Shown here: positions 49,280 through 62,418 of the stretch, piece after piece
Position numbering within the stretch: the first letter of the stretch is position 1
How the letters are laid out: every line of letters starts with the position of its first letter
Source of the DNA: Torpedo marmorata
Lineage: Eukaryota
Assembly (NCBI GenBank): GCA_977017645.1
Contig: OZ360237.1
Location: forward strand, 45,818,001 to 45,882,000
Reading direction: 5' to 3'
DNA: 64,000 nt
Notes under the pieces: generated by a model
Databases searched by the model: none
What the model saw: only the letters and a program-made list of their open reading frames with translations
What the model was told of the DNA's origin: nothing
Made by a program: the position numbers and the translations under genes

Positions 49280-50860
49280 TTTCATTATTTTGGGATCCAG
49301 GCAATTGCACGTCCCTAATTGCCTGTTTAAAGGTGGTGTTATCTTCTTGAACCTGCTTGGTGAATATATTCCCATGGTGCTGTTGGGTATGAAGGGCTGG
49401 ACCAGTGATGGAAATTTATTTCCAGATCAATCTTGTGAATGTGGAGAGGAACCTGAAGATGGTTGTTTTGCCATGCACCAGCTGCCCTTATCCTTGTGGT
49501 CCAACTGGTAGAGATGGGGGGTTTGGTAATGCTGTTGGAGCAGTCTGGATGAGTAACTGGAATGCATTTTGTACACTCTTAGCCACTGCTGGTGATGGAG
49601 GGAATACCTATGTTGTATCAGATGGAGGGTGAAGTGCCAATCAGCAGGCTGCTTTGACTCTGATGTTGTTGAGTTGCTTGTGATGCACTTATCCAGGCAG
49701 TTCCATCGTGCTTCTGACGTTTGCCTTGTACAAGGTGCAAATGCCTTGGCATGCCATGAGGTGAATCAATCACTGCAGGATACCCAACTTCTGACTTGTT
49801 CTTGTATTTGTGGTATTCATGTGACTGATCCAGTTGAGTTTCTAGTAATGGTGATCACCAGGATGTTGATAAGTGGGGGTCTGAGTGCAACAAGATTCAA
49901 TTTATTGTCATAGTAATAAAACTGTCATATTACATGAAATTTCATTTTGCCTGCTGCAAGGCAGACAGATTCGCCACTGGCAGAAATTGCCTAAGCGCCT
50001 CTAACATTCCTTAGTCAGAGAAAGAGAAGCAAAAGAGAGTCCCCCAGCTCCACAGCCACACAAGAGTCCAGTCCAAACCATCGGCAACCCGAGCTCCACA
50101 TCCGAACCTTCGACACGGTCAGGAACCCTTCAGCGCCCTCTGCACCCCCTCGCATCCCAGTTCCGATACCTGGTACTCCTCCAGCCAGTCTCCAGCAGTC
50201 CACAGCCCGGCCGGCGCGAGTCTCCCAACAACAGCCCACAGCGGGTTCTTCGCCTCGAGTCGCCAGCAGCCCGCCGCATGCACTGGTCCTTCAGTCTCAG
50301 AGCCCCTCACTGGTCCGCCACTGTGGTCACCGTCCCGTGGGTCGTCTCCTCCGCTTCCCCTTTTCAGACGGGGGTGATCTTTCCGTCCTCTGGTGCCCTG
50401 CTCCAGTCCTCCGCTTCCCCAGAGTCTGCAGCCCCTCGTGGCTGCCATCTTGGGCGCAGACCCCGCGGTCGCGGGATCTCAAATAAAACCACCGTCGGCT
50501 CCCTCAACGGGCCGTTCAAAGCCCGTGCGGAGTCGACTGGGCGGCTGGACCCCGGAGGGGCACTGCATCTCCGCTCCCTAGCACCCCGCGGGTCCGCACC
50601 AGCGGAAGCGCTGCCGCTACAGCGGCTCCAGCAGCGCCGCCATTTCAATGATGCCATTAAATGCCAAGGATAGGGATCTGGGCACTCCATTTCTAGAAAT
50701 GGCCATTGCTCAGTACTTTTATGTTGTGAATGTTACTTGATGCTAACCAGTTCATGCATGACTATTGTCTAGGCCTTAATGTATGCATGGACAGCTTCAT
50801 TTACTGAGAAGTTGGAAGTATTATGCAGTCATCAGCAAACACCCCCACCTTACCTGATTA
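49280..50860 (-). mobile_element. ancient decayed LINE remnant hosting the GC-rich retroposon
   Basis: Patchy similarity to 39530-41180 and 51540-52290. Confidence 0.4.
49891..50645 (-). mobile_element. GC-rich non-autonomous retroposon, copy 3
   Basis: Highly similar to 5265-6031 along its whole length. Confidence 0.8.
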
Positions 50861-51539
50861 CGGAAAGGTTATCAATAATTCTGAAAAGCCACTCTCCCAC
50901 CTCTCAGTGCAAGGCTTCCCTGACTTTGTTCATTAAATGATTTTAATTATATGTACGTTGAACATAGAATCAGGGTGTTACATGTTTTGTATTCTCCTAA
51001 TTCGGCTGCTTGCTTCGATGACTGACACTACACCAATGTACTTGGCCTTCTCCATACACTCAATAAACAATATTGCACTGGGTTTTTCTCCTTTCAACAT
51101 TTCAAAATAAATGTACTTCAGTCCTTCCAATTGCAATGTTCGAGTTCACCAAGGTTTTATTATTGTGCAGAATGTTTATTGGTTTCAGAAAAGAAATGAA
51201 TTTTTGGAAAAATTGGAATGAATTCCTTTAATTCCCTATCACTTTAATTTTCCAGCCATAATCTATTAAATAACATGACCTGTTTGTACAAGGAGGTCAT
51301 AGTGGATAAGAAAATAAAATGTCACTGTATATTCTTATTTCTGGCATTGCTCGTGTTATCTTGGGATTTGTTGTAATACTGCCAAACTGAGAACCACGGT
51401 TAACCATCTTTTAGTCCATTTTTTGCCTTGTGTGAATTACTTCCATAACCTTTAGCTGATTCTGATGGGTTATTAACTTGAAACATAGCTTTGTTTCTCT
51501 CTGCCCTGCTGCATCTTGTCCTCTGGTGTGTTTTATTAT

Positions 51540-52290
51540 TTCAGATTTCTAACATACTGTTGCGGTGGTGACTCTGGTGGTCACCATTGATGAGAAACTC
51601 ATTTTGACCAGTCTTTGGCACAAGGCAGAGGTTGGTATCCTGTAGCTCATCTGACTCCACAATGCCTTTCCATATCAGGAGTATGACGAGGTGTTGTCCT
51701 CTTGCCTGGCTGAGTGCAACTCTCACAACTAAAGCTTAAAACCATCTAATACCAAGAAACGGCTTGTTTGATACCTCATAGACTATTCTAAACAGTTATA
51801 TACTTCACAGGGGTGGGGGCTTGGGTGCAGAGTATTTTGCATCTACAAAGTGCACTGCAATTACTTGGGCTGTTCCAACATCATCTCCCAAACAAGTGAT
51901 CTGTACCGCAAGGAAACACAAAGGCAGCAGATACATGAAGTATGAGCTGATCCCAACAGATCTTTACTTAAAATATTGTTCTACTTTGTACTACCATGTG
52001 CACATTAGAGTTGATTTGCTGGATTGCTTGCAAAATGAATCCGTCTCACTGTACCGGCTATATATAATGTGACAAAATTGAACTTGCCTGGAAGTTTCTC
52101 ACCAAACTGCACACCATCCAGACATGGAAATAAATCACATTCCTTCCTTGTCACTGTCTAAATCCTGGCAATCCCTCTTCAACAACACCTTGGTCTTAAA
52201 AATACTACAGCAGTTCAAGAAGCAGCTCACCATCTTCTGAAGGGCAATTAGGAATGAGCAATAAATGATGACCTTGAGAGCAATGCCTAG
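51540..52290 (+). mobile_element. ancient LINE 3' remnant
   Basis: Ends cagcagttcaagaagcagctcaccatcttctgaagggcaattaggaatgagcaataaatg. Confidence 0.45.
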
Positions 52291-53287
52291 ATTAAAAAAA
52301 GTAATCTGCTGCCTTTTTGAGTTCTTCCAACAATGCATTTCAAAGACCAGTGGCTTAACCTTTCAATTTGTTTCAAATGCCAACGAGGTATGTCCCTAAC
52401 TCTGAAGAACGTGGGTTTGTTTGTATATTGAAGGTGCTAAGTTAGTTGCCAATCATTAAACTACATCATCTGTGGCCTAAGGTAGTGTTTCACATTTTGC
52501 ATTCTGTTCATACACATTAGCATTACATGAATTCTTCTTTTAATGAAAACAATATTAATTCAATGGAATGATTTTTTTAAAGCACATGATTGCTTTCAAT
52601 TTAACATTTCATCAACAAGCAGTGTAAATATTTATATTGCTGAATCGTTACTCGACATTCTGAACAAACTAGAACATGACATTTTAGAAAGTAAATTAGA
52701 GATGAGGTAAAGGGCATAAGTTTTGTTTTGTGCTTGCAGAGGCACTGGTAATGTTGACAAAAGTATTAATAGTCATAGCTGATTAGCAATGTGCACAGCT
52801 ATAAAAGTTATATTCATGGGCAAGATTTAAATGTGTTAAGTAATTATGCTAGTTTGGAGAAAAGCATTGATTCTGCCAGTCAACACGATTATTAATCTAA
52901 TAACTAATGAGTAGGCATCTGCAATGTTCACATGGAATGTTATTATTAAACCATCTTTGCCACAGAACTGTATAATGTCCATAATGAGGTTACATACTTG
53001 AAGGAAACATGACCTTGTAAATTTCAATCTAATAAGTGGCTCTCGTGGCCACCCAAGGGAATTTTGATTATTTTAAAAAATATTTTTAGGCAGCAATTCT
53101 CTTGTAGCTGTTGTAGTGAATCAGACAAAATGGCACATATTAAGGTTTTGACCTTTATAGATGTAACATGCAAAGAAAAGTTACACTTCCACTTTCAGAC
53201 CACTAAAGCACAATAGTTATCATTAGTATTGTTCACTGATTTTACTTAAAATTTGGTGGGTAGGGTGGCTGGATATTGGTTACTAAC

Positions 53288-53990
53288 ACTTTTTAAAATA
53301 TTTTATTTTCATTTTTAATGAACAAAACAAAATACTTCAAAAACAGATATCACATTATATAGTAATACAATAAAAATAACATACCGGTATATAATATTTA
53401 AAAAACCCAATTACCCAAAACCTCCCCCCCAAGAAAAAAAACCTAAACAAAACAAATGGTCGACAATGTTTATATAATTACTAATTTCAAATATATAAAA
53501 GAAAGAAAAAGTCCAAGGCTTCCCGGCAACAGGGCTTATCACGTGAAGGAACCCAAAACAAATTAATAGCAAATCTTCTTTATCTGGGGTCAGGATAAAT
53601 TAAATTAATCTAAATAAGATTGCCAAATTTTATAACCTGTTTGTTTTTAATGTTATATGTAATTTTCTCCAATGGAATACAACTATTTATTTCTGAGGTC
53701 CATCTATCAATAGACAATGGGGAATCTGACTTCCAAGTAGTCATTAAACGTTTTCTAGCCACACAAAAAGCTATTCCCAAAAATATAATTTGATATCTGG
53801 TTAGGGTGTCCTTAATAGTAGTAAAATTTCCCAAAAGGCATATCTCTGGATCTAAAATTAGAGTAACTCCAATAACTTTAGATAAGATGTCACAGAGATT
53901 ATGCCAAAATTGTCTCAACTTACAGCACATCCATGTTGAATGTAAAAAAGAACCAATCTCCATTCTCAATTGAGTGTGTTTTAAACCTCC
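53288..53990 (-). mobile_element. L1-clade 3' fragment
   Basis: GSFLHSTWMCCKL..TWKSDSPLSIDRW..IPLEKITY followed by 3' UTR. Confidence 0.88.
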
Positions 53991-53997
53991 AATAGAA

Positions 53998-54264
53998 GGG
54001 CGGCATGGTTAGCGTAGTGGTTAGCGCAACGTCTTTACAGCGCCATTGATCGGGACCGGGGTTCGAATCCCGCGCTGTCTGTAAGGAGTTTGTATGTTCT
54101 CCCTGTGTCTGCGTGGGTTTCCACGGGGGCTCCGGTTTCCTCCCACCCTTCAAAAACGTACCGGGGGTTGTAGGTGAATTGGATGTAATTGGGCTCGTGG
54201 GCCAGAAGGGCCTGTTACCGTGCTGTATGTCTAAATTTAAATTTATAAATTTAATTTTTAAATT
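53998..54264 (+). mobile_element. V-SINE (HE1-like)
   Basis: A box tagcgtagtggttag, B box ggttcgaatcc, V-domain and (aattta)n tail. Possible TSD tagaa. Confidence 0.9.
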
Positions 54265-54638
54265 TAGAATCAAGAGCTATCATACAATTTGATGTAAATT
54301 CAAGTCTTGCTACAGAATACTGTGAAAATGTTGCATTTTGTTGCATAAGGGTTGAGTTTTTACTAGACAGCAAGTTCTGGCTTTAAAACCATTTTTGTGC
54401 ACATATATTAACATTGTTTCAAATGTAAGTTACTATAAGATATTTAAAGGGCTATGATTTCCCCACCTACAAGGTTGATTAAAGCATTTTTCCATGCTAA
54501 GATTTCATTTTATTTTGAAAATTTCATTCACTGTATATAAAGTCCTCCTTTTATATCAAAAGTCTTATAATTTTTAGATTAGTGTTTACGTCCAGCTATT
54601 TTTTTTTTTTAAGTCTTGGGACTTCTTTGCTAAAGCCC

Positions 54639-54689
54639 CAACATGCAGGCCATTGTTAAACTCAACATGCAGGCCATTGTTAAACTCAA
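54639..54689. repeat. 24-bp perfect tandem duplication
   Basis: caacatgcaggccattgttaaact x2. Confidence 0.9.
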
Positions 54690-55269
54690 GACTATGATTC
54701 CAATTCACTTCTGGCCACCACCAAATCATTCCTAGTCTTAGTGACTTGAGTTTATCCAAATATCTGCTGCTTATGACCTAACTAATTAGGTCCTTTTCAC
54801 CGATTCCTCCTGTGTTTGCATTTGTTCCCAGCAAACAAACAATGCCTTGGGTCTTGTCCCTTTCTAATTCCTTCTGTCCTTGCACTTTCTTAGGATGTGA
54901 TTTAATTCGGACCTCTGGCAGATTTACAATTGCTAGTTGTATTTTCAGCTAGCGAGGCCGAGATGTTTTCCCTGGTAAACATCTTCACCTTTACACTCTT
55001 CTCCCTTTGAGGACACTCCTTCTCTCTAATCTTGTGCTCTTCTGATATATCCAAGACCTGCCATCAGTTTTTCAGTATTGATAGAGCTCCTGTAAAGTAC
55101 CTTAAGTTAAAGGTGCTGTCCATATTAAAGTTGTTCCTATTCTTGCACCATTATGATGGGACAAGGAATTACATTTATGCCACTGGTGTACTGGGCAATA
55201 ATCTTACATGGCTTCCTAATATATTACTAGATAATAAGACATAAATGATTAGCTGCAATATTTTACCAG

Positions 55270-56210
55270 ATGACTGAAAGCCTGGTAACGTGGTACTGTT
55301 ATTTATGAAGCTGGGAAGGGATAAAGAGTACAAGTCAGTGCAACATCAGTGCTACAAAAATTGTTAGAAAAAGTTGAGTAACTGCAAATCATTTTTTATA
55401 AAGCCACTGGGTCTCAAGGATAGCCTGGATTTGTAAAGGGAATCGCTGCCTAGCATTGATTATTTTTGGGAGACCATTAAAAGTGGCCTCACTGCCATTT
55501 CTTATTAAGTCATTCAGGTGTTGGTCCATTATGATAGATTAATCAAGAAAGTAAAATCCTAGGGGACCCAAGGGGAATTGTCATATTGGGTCCAAAATTA
55601 GCTAAATGATAAGGATGAAGGCTGTTTGCAGTGTAGTTCCTCAAGGCGAGAGGGCTAAGGGTTTCCATTTTGTGATGTTTCGATGACTTATCTCAGCTAT
55701 TCTCAACGGCGGCCATACAGCCCCACAGCACATTTAAGGGGGGGCCACAGACTGAAATCATTTAAAAAAAATTGTTTTTTCTGTAGTTGGTAGGAAAGAA
55801 GTAGGGAAGAAACCAACAAAACTTACTGCTTCACAGGGAAGGGGGCCAATAAACTTTGAGCAGAGTCCTATGGGGGCCAAAAAAAGGTTGAGAATGGCTG
55901 ACTTGGATTAACATCAAGGTTCCTGGATTATGTAGTTTGCTAATGATCGCAAAATTGGCAGTCTAACAATTAGGAAGGAAGAAAACAAAAGGCTGTAGAT
56001 GTAGACAGATATCAATGAACTGATCAGGTGGGCAAAAAAAGTGACAACTGGAGTTATTCGAGAAAAGTGAGGTAGTGCAATTTGGAAAAGAAAAAGCAAT
56101 CAATATATCATGGGTTAATGAACCAGAGCAGCAGAGGGATTGTGGAGTGCATATCCACAGGAATAGGGATTGTGATTAAAGGCATTTGGGGACCATTATT
56201 GGGTGAAATT
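55270..56210 (+). mobile_element. old degenerate CR1 RT remnant interrupted by a MITE
   Basis: Decayed CR1-like phrases (ggatttgtaaaggg, gtagttcctcaagg, tttgctaatgat..aaaattgg). Confidence 0.55.
55694..55900. mobile_element. hAT (Charlie-like) MITE, copy 2
   Basis: TIRs cagctattctcaac / gttgagaatggctg. Internal sequence shared with 21815-22036. TSD degenerate (acttatct/acttggat). Confidence 0.8.
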
Positions 56211-57000
56211 TAATATAACAGCAACCAGTGCTTTATAGCTCCCTCCACTGCAGCTTCAAGCTTTGTTCAGGCTGACCTTTCCACTCACATAGCCGTCACC
56301 CCCCTACCACCTCTCCAAGCTCTTCACTTTCACAGTGCTGGCTACAAAACAGGCAACGGTGCAAAGCTCTTCTCTTGAGTTCTGGCAGGAAATCAAAATT
56401 GGGATTCGCACTGAGGCACCACATGGGAGATGGACATGGGACCCAATGGGATTGAATTGTGCCTGTAAAATTGGTTGGCTCATGGCACTTTTTTAAACGC
56501 ACTTCACCATTTTGGAAAAATTGGTCACCCTTTCCGTTGAGATTTGGGGGGGGTGGGAGTGGAAAACTCTACTTAGGTTTGTATTGGCTAGGCTAGCGTA
56601 GTTCCCTTTGGAACAAGTGATCCAAGTATGACATTCAATCAACGCGGTGAAGATGAACAAAAAAGATTTCCTCAGCAGTGAGGTCACTAATCTGGGAACT
56701 AAAATTTAAGGAAATCGGTAAAAGGATTAAAAAGGAGTTGACGAAAATATTTTTGCTGAAGTAGTGTTGGGATTTGGAATTCACTGCTTGAAATACTTGG
56801 AAAGAGGCTTGATAATACTGATACAGTATATGAGAATTTGATAGCTTATTTTTTATAGCATGGAAGTAATGGGGCAAAAGGGCACATTCTTGGCCATACG
56901 TTCTATGAGACAGAGTAGTTGATGACTTGTTCACTGATCTGCATTTTGATAATCTTTTCCAATTTGCTTCTACAGGTGAGATTACGTAATTGGGGTTAAG

Positions 57001-57140
57001 CAAGAAAATCTGCCGATGCTGGGGTCTAGTGCAATATACAAAAGTCCTGGAGAAACTCAGCAAGTCTCGCAGCATCCTTTTACTTCCTATGGATGCTACG
57101 TGACTTGCTGAGTTTCTGCAGCACTTTTGTGTGTAGCACT
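57001..57140. mobile_element. miniature fold-back PLE derivative (50-bp hairpin)
   Basis: Arms 57028-57077 and 57091-57140 are reverse complements with a few mismatches. Confidence 0.8.
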
Positions 57141-57344
57141 TAATTGGAACTTGCACTGCATCCTCAGGTTAGATCAGTAGTGACCACTCTAGCATCTGCA
57201 GAAGAAGTGTGCTTCAAGAAGCACTGTTTTCTCAATGCTAAGGGAGCTGCTGATTTCTCGTGAAATGTTAAAACATCTGTTTCTGCAGGTGAATGTAAAA
57301 ATTGGACTAGCATGATTTTGAACAGCAAGGATGCTCTTCAGCAT

Positions 57345-58441
57345 CTCAGAATCAGAATTTATTGTCATGAACAAGTCATGAAATTCGGTGTTTTGCGGCA
57401 GCATCATAGTGCAATTAACATTCATATTAACCATTCTAATGACATTACTATAAAAAAATTATAAACAATAGTGCACGAAAAGTAAGGTAGTGTCTTTGGT
57501 TCATTGATTATTCAGGAATCTGATGGCAGCGGGGAAGAAGCTGTCCTTGTGCCGTTGAGTGCTCGTCTTTAAGCTCCTGTACCTTTTCCCCGATGGAAGC
57601 AGAGTGAAGAGGGCATGGCCTGGGTGGTGGGGGTCCTTGAGGATAGAGGCTGCTTTTTTAAGACACCGCCTCATGTAGATGTCCTCGATGGAGTGAAGTT
57701 TGGTGCCTGTGATGTCACAGGCCGAGTTAACAACCTTCTGGAGTTTACTCTTGTCCTGGGAGTTGGCGCCACCATACCAGGCAGTGATGCAACCAGCCAG
57801 AATGCTCTCCACGGTACACCTGTAGAAGTTTACGAGAGTCTTTGGTGACATACCGAATCTCCGCAAACACCTCACAAAGTATAGTCGCTGACGAGCCTTC
57901 TTTGTGATTGCTTCCACGTGGATGCTCCAGGACAGATCCTCGGAGATGTTGACACCCAGGAATTTGAAGTTCTTGACCCTCTCCACGACTGAGCCCTCGA
58001 TGAGGACTGGGTCGTGTTCCCCTGACTTCCTCCTGAAGTCCACAATCATCTCCTTGGTTTTGCTGACGTTGAGCTCAAGGTTGTTGTCATTACACCATTC
58101 AACGAGCTGATCTATCTCCCTCCTGTACGCTTCCTCATTGCCATTTGTGATTCTGCCGACAACTGTGGTGTCATCGGCAAACTTGTATATGGCATTGGAA
58201 TTGTGCCTGGCCACACAGTCATGAGTGTATAACGAGTAGAGCAGTGGACTAAGCACGCATCCTTGGGGTGCGCCTGTGTTGATAATCAGTGAGGAGGAGG
58301 CGTTGTTTCCAATTCGTACTGACTGGTCTTCCGATGAGAAAGTCAAGGATCCAGTTGCAGAGGGGGGTACAGAGGCCTAGAGTTTGTAGCTTCTCGACCA
58401 GCACAGGGAATAATTGTATTGAAGGCCGAGCTGTAGTCGAT
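57345..58441 (-). mobile_element. Rex1/Babar LINE, 5'-truncated, open 281-aa RT C-terminal ORF
   Basis: [50 protein letters not shown]; tail ttctgattctga. Confidence 0.93.
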
Positions 58442-59999
58442 GCCAGTTTATTCCCAAATCCACATCACGAGAGCAGATTAACAATTCATTGTTACATCAG
58501 TGTGTGAGGGACCTTGTGTGTAAAGCAACTACTATATTTTCTATGTTACAAGTGATTACAGTGCTTGTTGCCTGTAAAGCATTATTAGTGCTCCTGAAGT
58601 CATGAAAGAAGCTATGTAAATTAAGTTTTCTTTTATGTGAAGTGTTCTCAAAGAATAGCAGAATGTTGAGTGGGAGAAGTGAGTTATACTTGTGAAATAC
58701 CTGTTTCCTTCTGGCACTATTTATTTCTTTATTTGAAAATTGGTAAGAGACAGTATTCTGCATAAAGTTGTGAGAGGAGCTCCATCCTTGGTCGAAGCTT
58801 TCGATCATCCTGCCATGCTTTGAACCTGACTGCTTTGGACCATCAGGCCATGTTACTTATTAAGTATGGAACAGTGGTAGTACTTTGGGGATTTTCTCAC
58901 ATCCATGTACAAAATGCCACAGATGGAGTTTAACTTTTCATTGCATGTGAAGATTAAAACGAAAACAAAACAAAATAGATGACTCATTCTCTATGAAGGG
59001 AAATGGCTAAAGCACTGATAAATAACTTGGGATGACAAGAGACTTCAGGTGATATTTTCATGTATAAAAAGCTGGGGGAAAGGAAAAGCTGCAAAAAGTT
59101 GGGAAAATGGAAATGACTACAAATGCAGGAGAAAGAAAGCTTCATTAAATTCCCTTGCATACACAAGCTCATCCACGATCTGGTCCCTGTTCTGGTGATG
59201 TCTCCTAACCCCATCCTTCCCCCACCATTCTGTCTTCATGCATGCCAGATGGCAGTCATGAATAGCTTCATCTGCTAAAGACCACCATTAATTGATGTAC
59301 ATTCCTAGGAGCAGCGTGAGGAACTTCATCTCAACAGTGTGGTCATACAAAGTCCTGTGTTATCATTGCTGTTGAGGATGAACTGGGACCGATATTAATG
59401 CATCTCTCCCTACATCTATATTGGTGATTATCCTGTTTCCTGGAGGGCAGATGTCTGTTAGCAAGACTGCACAGAGAGGGTCTTTCTCTCCACTGTCCAG
59501 GCGCCACATTTGGTTCCACAACAGCAGGGTCGGCGCCAAGGGGGGGGGGGCATTCGCGGGCATTGACCCCCCAAGTGAGTTGCTGTGCCCCCCCCCATAC
59601 GCTCGCAGCCATCGCTCGCGGTCAGACCCGCCCCCACCCGCGTCACTAGTATGATACTTTTCTGAATGGTCAGACACTTGTTCACACCATTGTTGATAAC
59701 CCAAAAGCAAAATACCACAGCTGGTGGAAACCTGAAGTAAAACGAGAAAATATTAGAAATGCACAGTAAGATGAGCAGCATTTGTGGGGAGAGAAACAGT
59801 TAACTTTTCAGGTGATGAAAGTTCTTTGAAATAAGTTCAACCATTCTTCTATTTGATTGTTACTACTTTTTAAACCATCAAAGCATTAATGGGGCCCCAT
59901 CACCAGTAAAATTTTCTGTGCATCCTCGTGATTCTCTCAAAGGAACATGATTGAGATAAGGAATTTGCTGTTTTGATGATTGGAAACAGAAGCCTCTTC

Positions 60000-60610
60000 A
60001 AAACTAGGATAATTGAATTGATATGGCACAGGAAGAAGCCTCATCACCCAGTCCCATTCTTCCTGTTCCTCTGCAACCCTACAACTACCTGTAACATTTC
60101 CCTTTGAAAGTTTTGTTTGATTCTATTTCCACTACCCTTAGTGGCAGAGAGTTTCCGATCACAACAAATTTCAGTATAAAAATCATTCTTCTCTGTGTCA
60201 TGTCTTTTTCCCATTACATTAAATGTACCCTGGCTCTTTGACCAGCCGCTGATGAGAACAGCTTCATGCTTGTTAACCTATCTGAACTAGTCATGATCTT
60301 CAACACCTGTGGTTTATCGCCTCTTAAGCTTCTTTGTTCCAAGCATAGCAACTGCATCCTCTACAGTCTAACCTTGTTGCTGAAAGTTCCCCAAGTATGG
60401 AAGCATAGTGTAAATCTTTTTAGCAACTTCTCTAGAATCTTCAAAGCCCATAACTATGTGCTTCGGCCCCCTAAGTCCTGCGGACCATTGGGCACACCCT
60501 TCGAAGGTATGGTGACAGAGTTGGTGCTGTACACCCAGTGTGGCCTCCACTGTCGTTAAAGATTTATGCACGTGTACACCCAAATCGTGTTTGATGTACA
60601 AGACCATTTA
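60000..60610 (-). mobile_element. old degenerate CR1 3' fragment
   Basis: Minus strand HDLGVHVHKSL, with weak similarity to 42369-43122. Confidence 0.5.
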
Positions 60611-60719
60611 GCCCATGGAGTCTAAGTCAGCTCCCAAAGTAATCCCATGCCTCCAATTACTTCCTGCTCTCTCAAGTGCCCATCCACTTGTTCTTGATTC
60701 CCTTCCCATGGATGCACTG

Positions 60720-60925
60720 GCGTTATTTACAGTACCCACTTAACCTACCAACTACTACATCTTTGGGGTGTTGAGCAAACTGGAGCAGCTGGGAGGATGG
60801 GGAGAGAGAACACATGGAGTCACGGGGAGAATATTGCAAACCCTTCACAGACATCACCAGAGGTCAGAATCAAACCCAGGTCTCTGGATCTGCGTGGCAG
60901 CAGTGCTAGCCACTGCACCACTTTA
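60720..60925 (-). mobile_element. degenerate V-SINE
   Basis: gtcacggggagaatattgcaaacc..aatcaaacccaggtc..gctagccactgcacca. Confidence 0.6.
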
Positions 60926-61707
60926 CTGCTCTCTTTTCCTGCAAGCTCTTTAGAACCAGCCCTGTCCACTTTAGAAATAAAGTTGTAAGTAGCAAGAAAT
61001 CGCATCAAGTCTCCAAAAGGACGCTCCTGCACCGTTGGGATCTCGTTAAGGAATTTCCATCATGAAAATACAATGAACCGAGTGCTCTTGAATTTTTGGG
61101 TTAGGGGTATGGCTCAGTAGTGAGGGAGGGGAAAGTCATTGAAATAAGTCTCAGCATTACTTGCTTCTCTTTTGTTCCTGTGATGCAAGACTTAATTTTC
61201 CAATCTTAAAGGACAGAAAAGGAAAGCTATCTGTGCGCACCCCCTCCCAGCTGCTGGGATGGTGGGACAGAAATGTACAGAAGTTGGCCAACTTGGTTCG
61301 TCAACACCTCATCAATGGTTGTTAAGTACAGTGGAATAGTCGTTATATTACTGGACAAGTAATTCACCGCATGGCCTTGTGATCCAGGGTCATCAATTCA
61401 AATCCCAACATGGTAGCTAATGAATTTAAACTCCAATAAATAAATAATCTGTATCAATAATGATATAACCATGAAATCATCAGATTGTTGGAAAGACCCA
61501 TCTGGAAATTGAGTGGAAAAGCAAAATGTGCAGAGTCTGCAGAGGGATATAGAGAGGTTAGGTGAGTGGGCAAGGGTCTGGCAGATGGAGTACGATGTTG
61601 GTAAATGTGAATTCATCCACCTTGGAAGGAAAAATAGATCAGATTATTATTTGAATGGTGAAACAGCATGCTGTTGGTCAGAGGGACTTGGGAGTGCTTG
61701 TGCCTGA

Positions 61708-62418
61708 AGTTTGCGGAGGTTTGGTATGACACCAGAAACCCTGGTAAATTTCTACAGATGTGTGGTGAAAAGTGTGCTGACTGGCTGCATCACGGTCTGG
61801 TATGGGGACACCAATACCCCTGAACGTAAAGCCCTGCAAAAGAGAGTGGACACAGCCCAGGACATCACAGGCAAAACCCTCCCCACTATCGAGAACATCC
61901 ACAGGGAATGCTGCCGTTGGAGAGCAGCAGCAATCATCAAGGATCCACACCACCCAGCACACGTAAAACACAAAAATCTAGACACCGTGGTTGAAGTAAA
62001 AACACACAATGCTGGAGAAACTCAGCAGGTCAAACTGTCCTTTATATAGCAAAGGTAAAATACATAACCGACGTTTCGGGCTTGAACGCTGCTGCCATCA
62101 GGAAAGAGGTACAGGTGCCACAAGACTCGCACCACCAGGTTCAGGAACAGCTGCTACCCCTTCACCATCAGACTTCTCAACAACAAACTCATTCAGGGAC
62201 TCATTTAAGGACTCTTGTGCACTTTATTGATTTTTTTTATTCTCTATTGAACAGTCGGTTTGTTTACATTCGTTATCCTTTTACAGTTCTTTATTTGTTT
62301 ACATGTATACGCTGTGTACAGTTTATTTGTGCACTACCAATAAGTGGTCATTCTGCCTCGCCCACAAAAAAAATAATCTCAGGGTGGTACTCTGACAATA
62401 AATCTGGAAAATCTGAAT
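61708..62418 (+). mobile_element. Rex1/Babar 3' fragment nested in CR1
   Basis: RRFGMTPETLVNFYRC..IIKDPHHPAH; same family as 27031-27983; tail aataaatctggaaaatctgaa. Confidence 0.88.
61964..62085 (-). mobile_element. PLE terminal-repeat fragment nested in Rex1
   Basis: Reverse complement of the 135-262 repeat; retains gaaacgtcggttatg on the minus strand. Confidence 0.8.

Noticed and set aside
53998-54075. tRNA gene
   Set aside because: It is the tRNA-like head of a SINE, continuing into the V-domain and LINE-derived tail, with multiple diverged copies.
56635-57156. 173-aa ORF
   Set aside because: It starts in a PLE-derived hairpin and has no recognisable homology or splice context. Likely a chance ORF.
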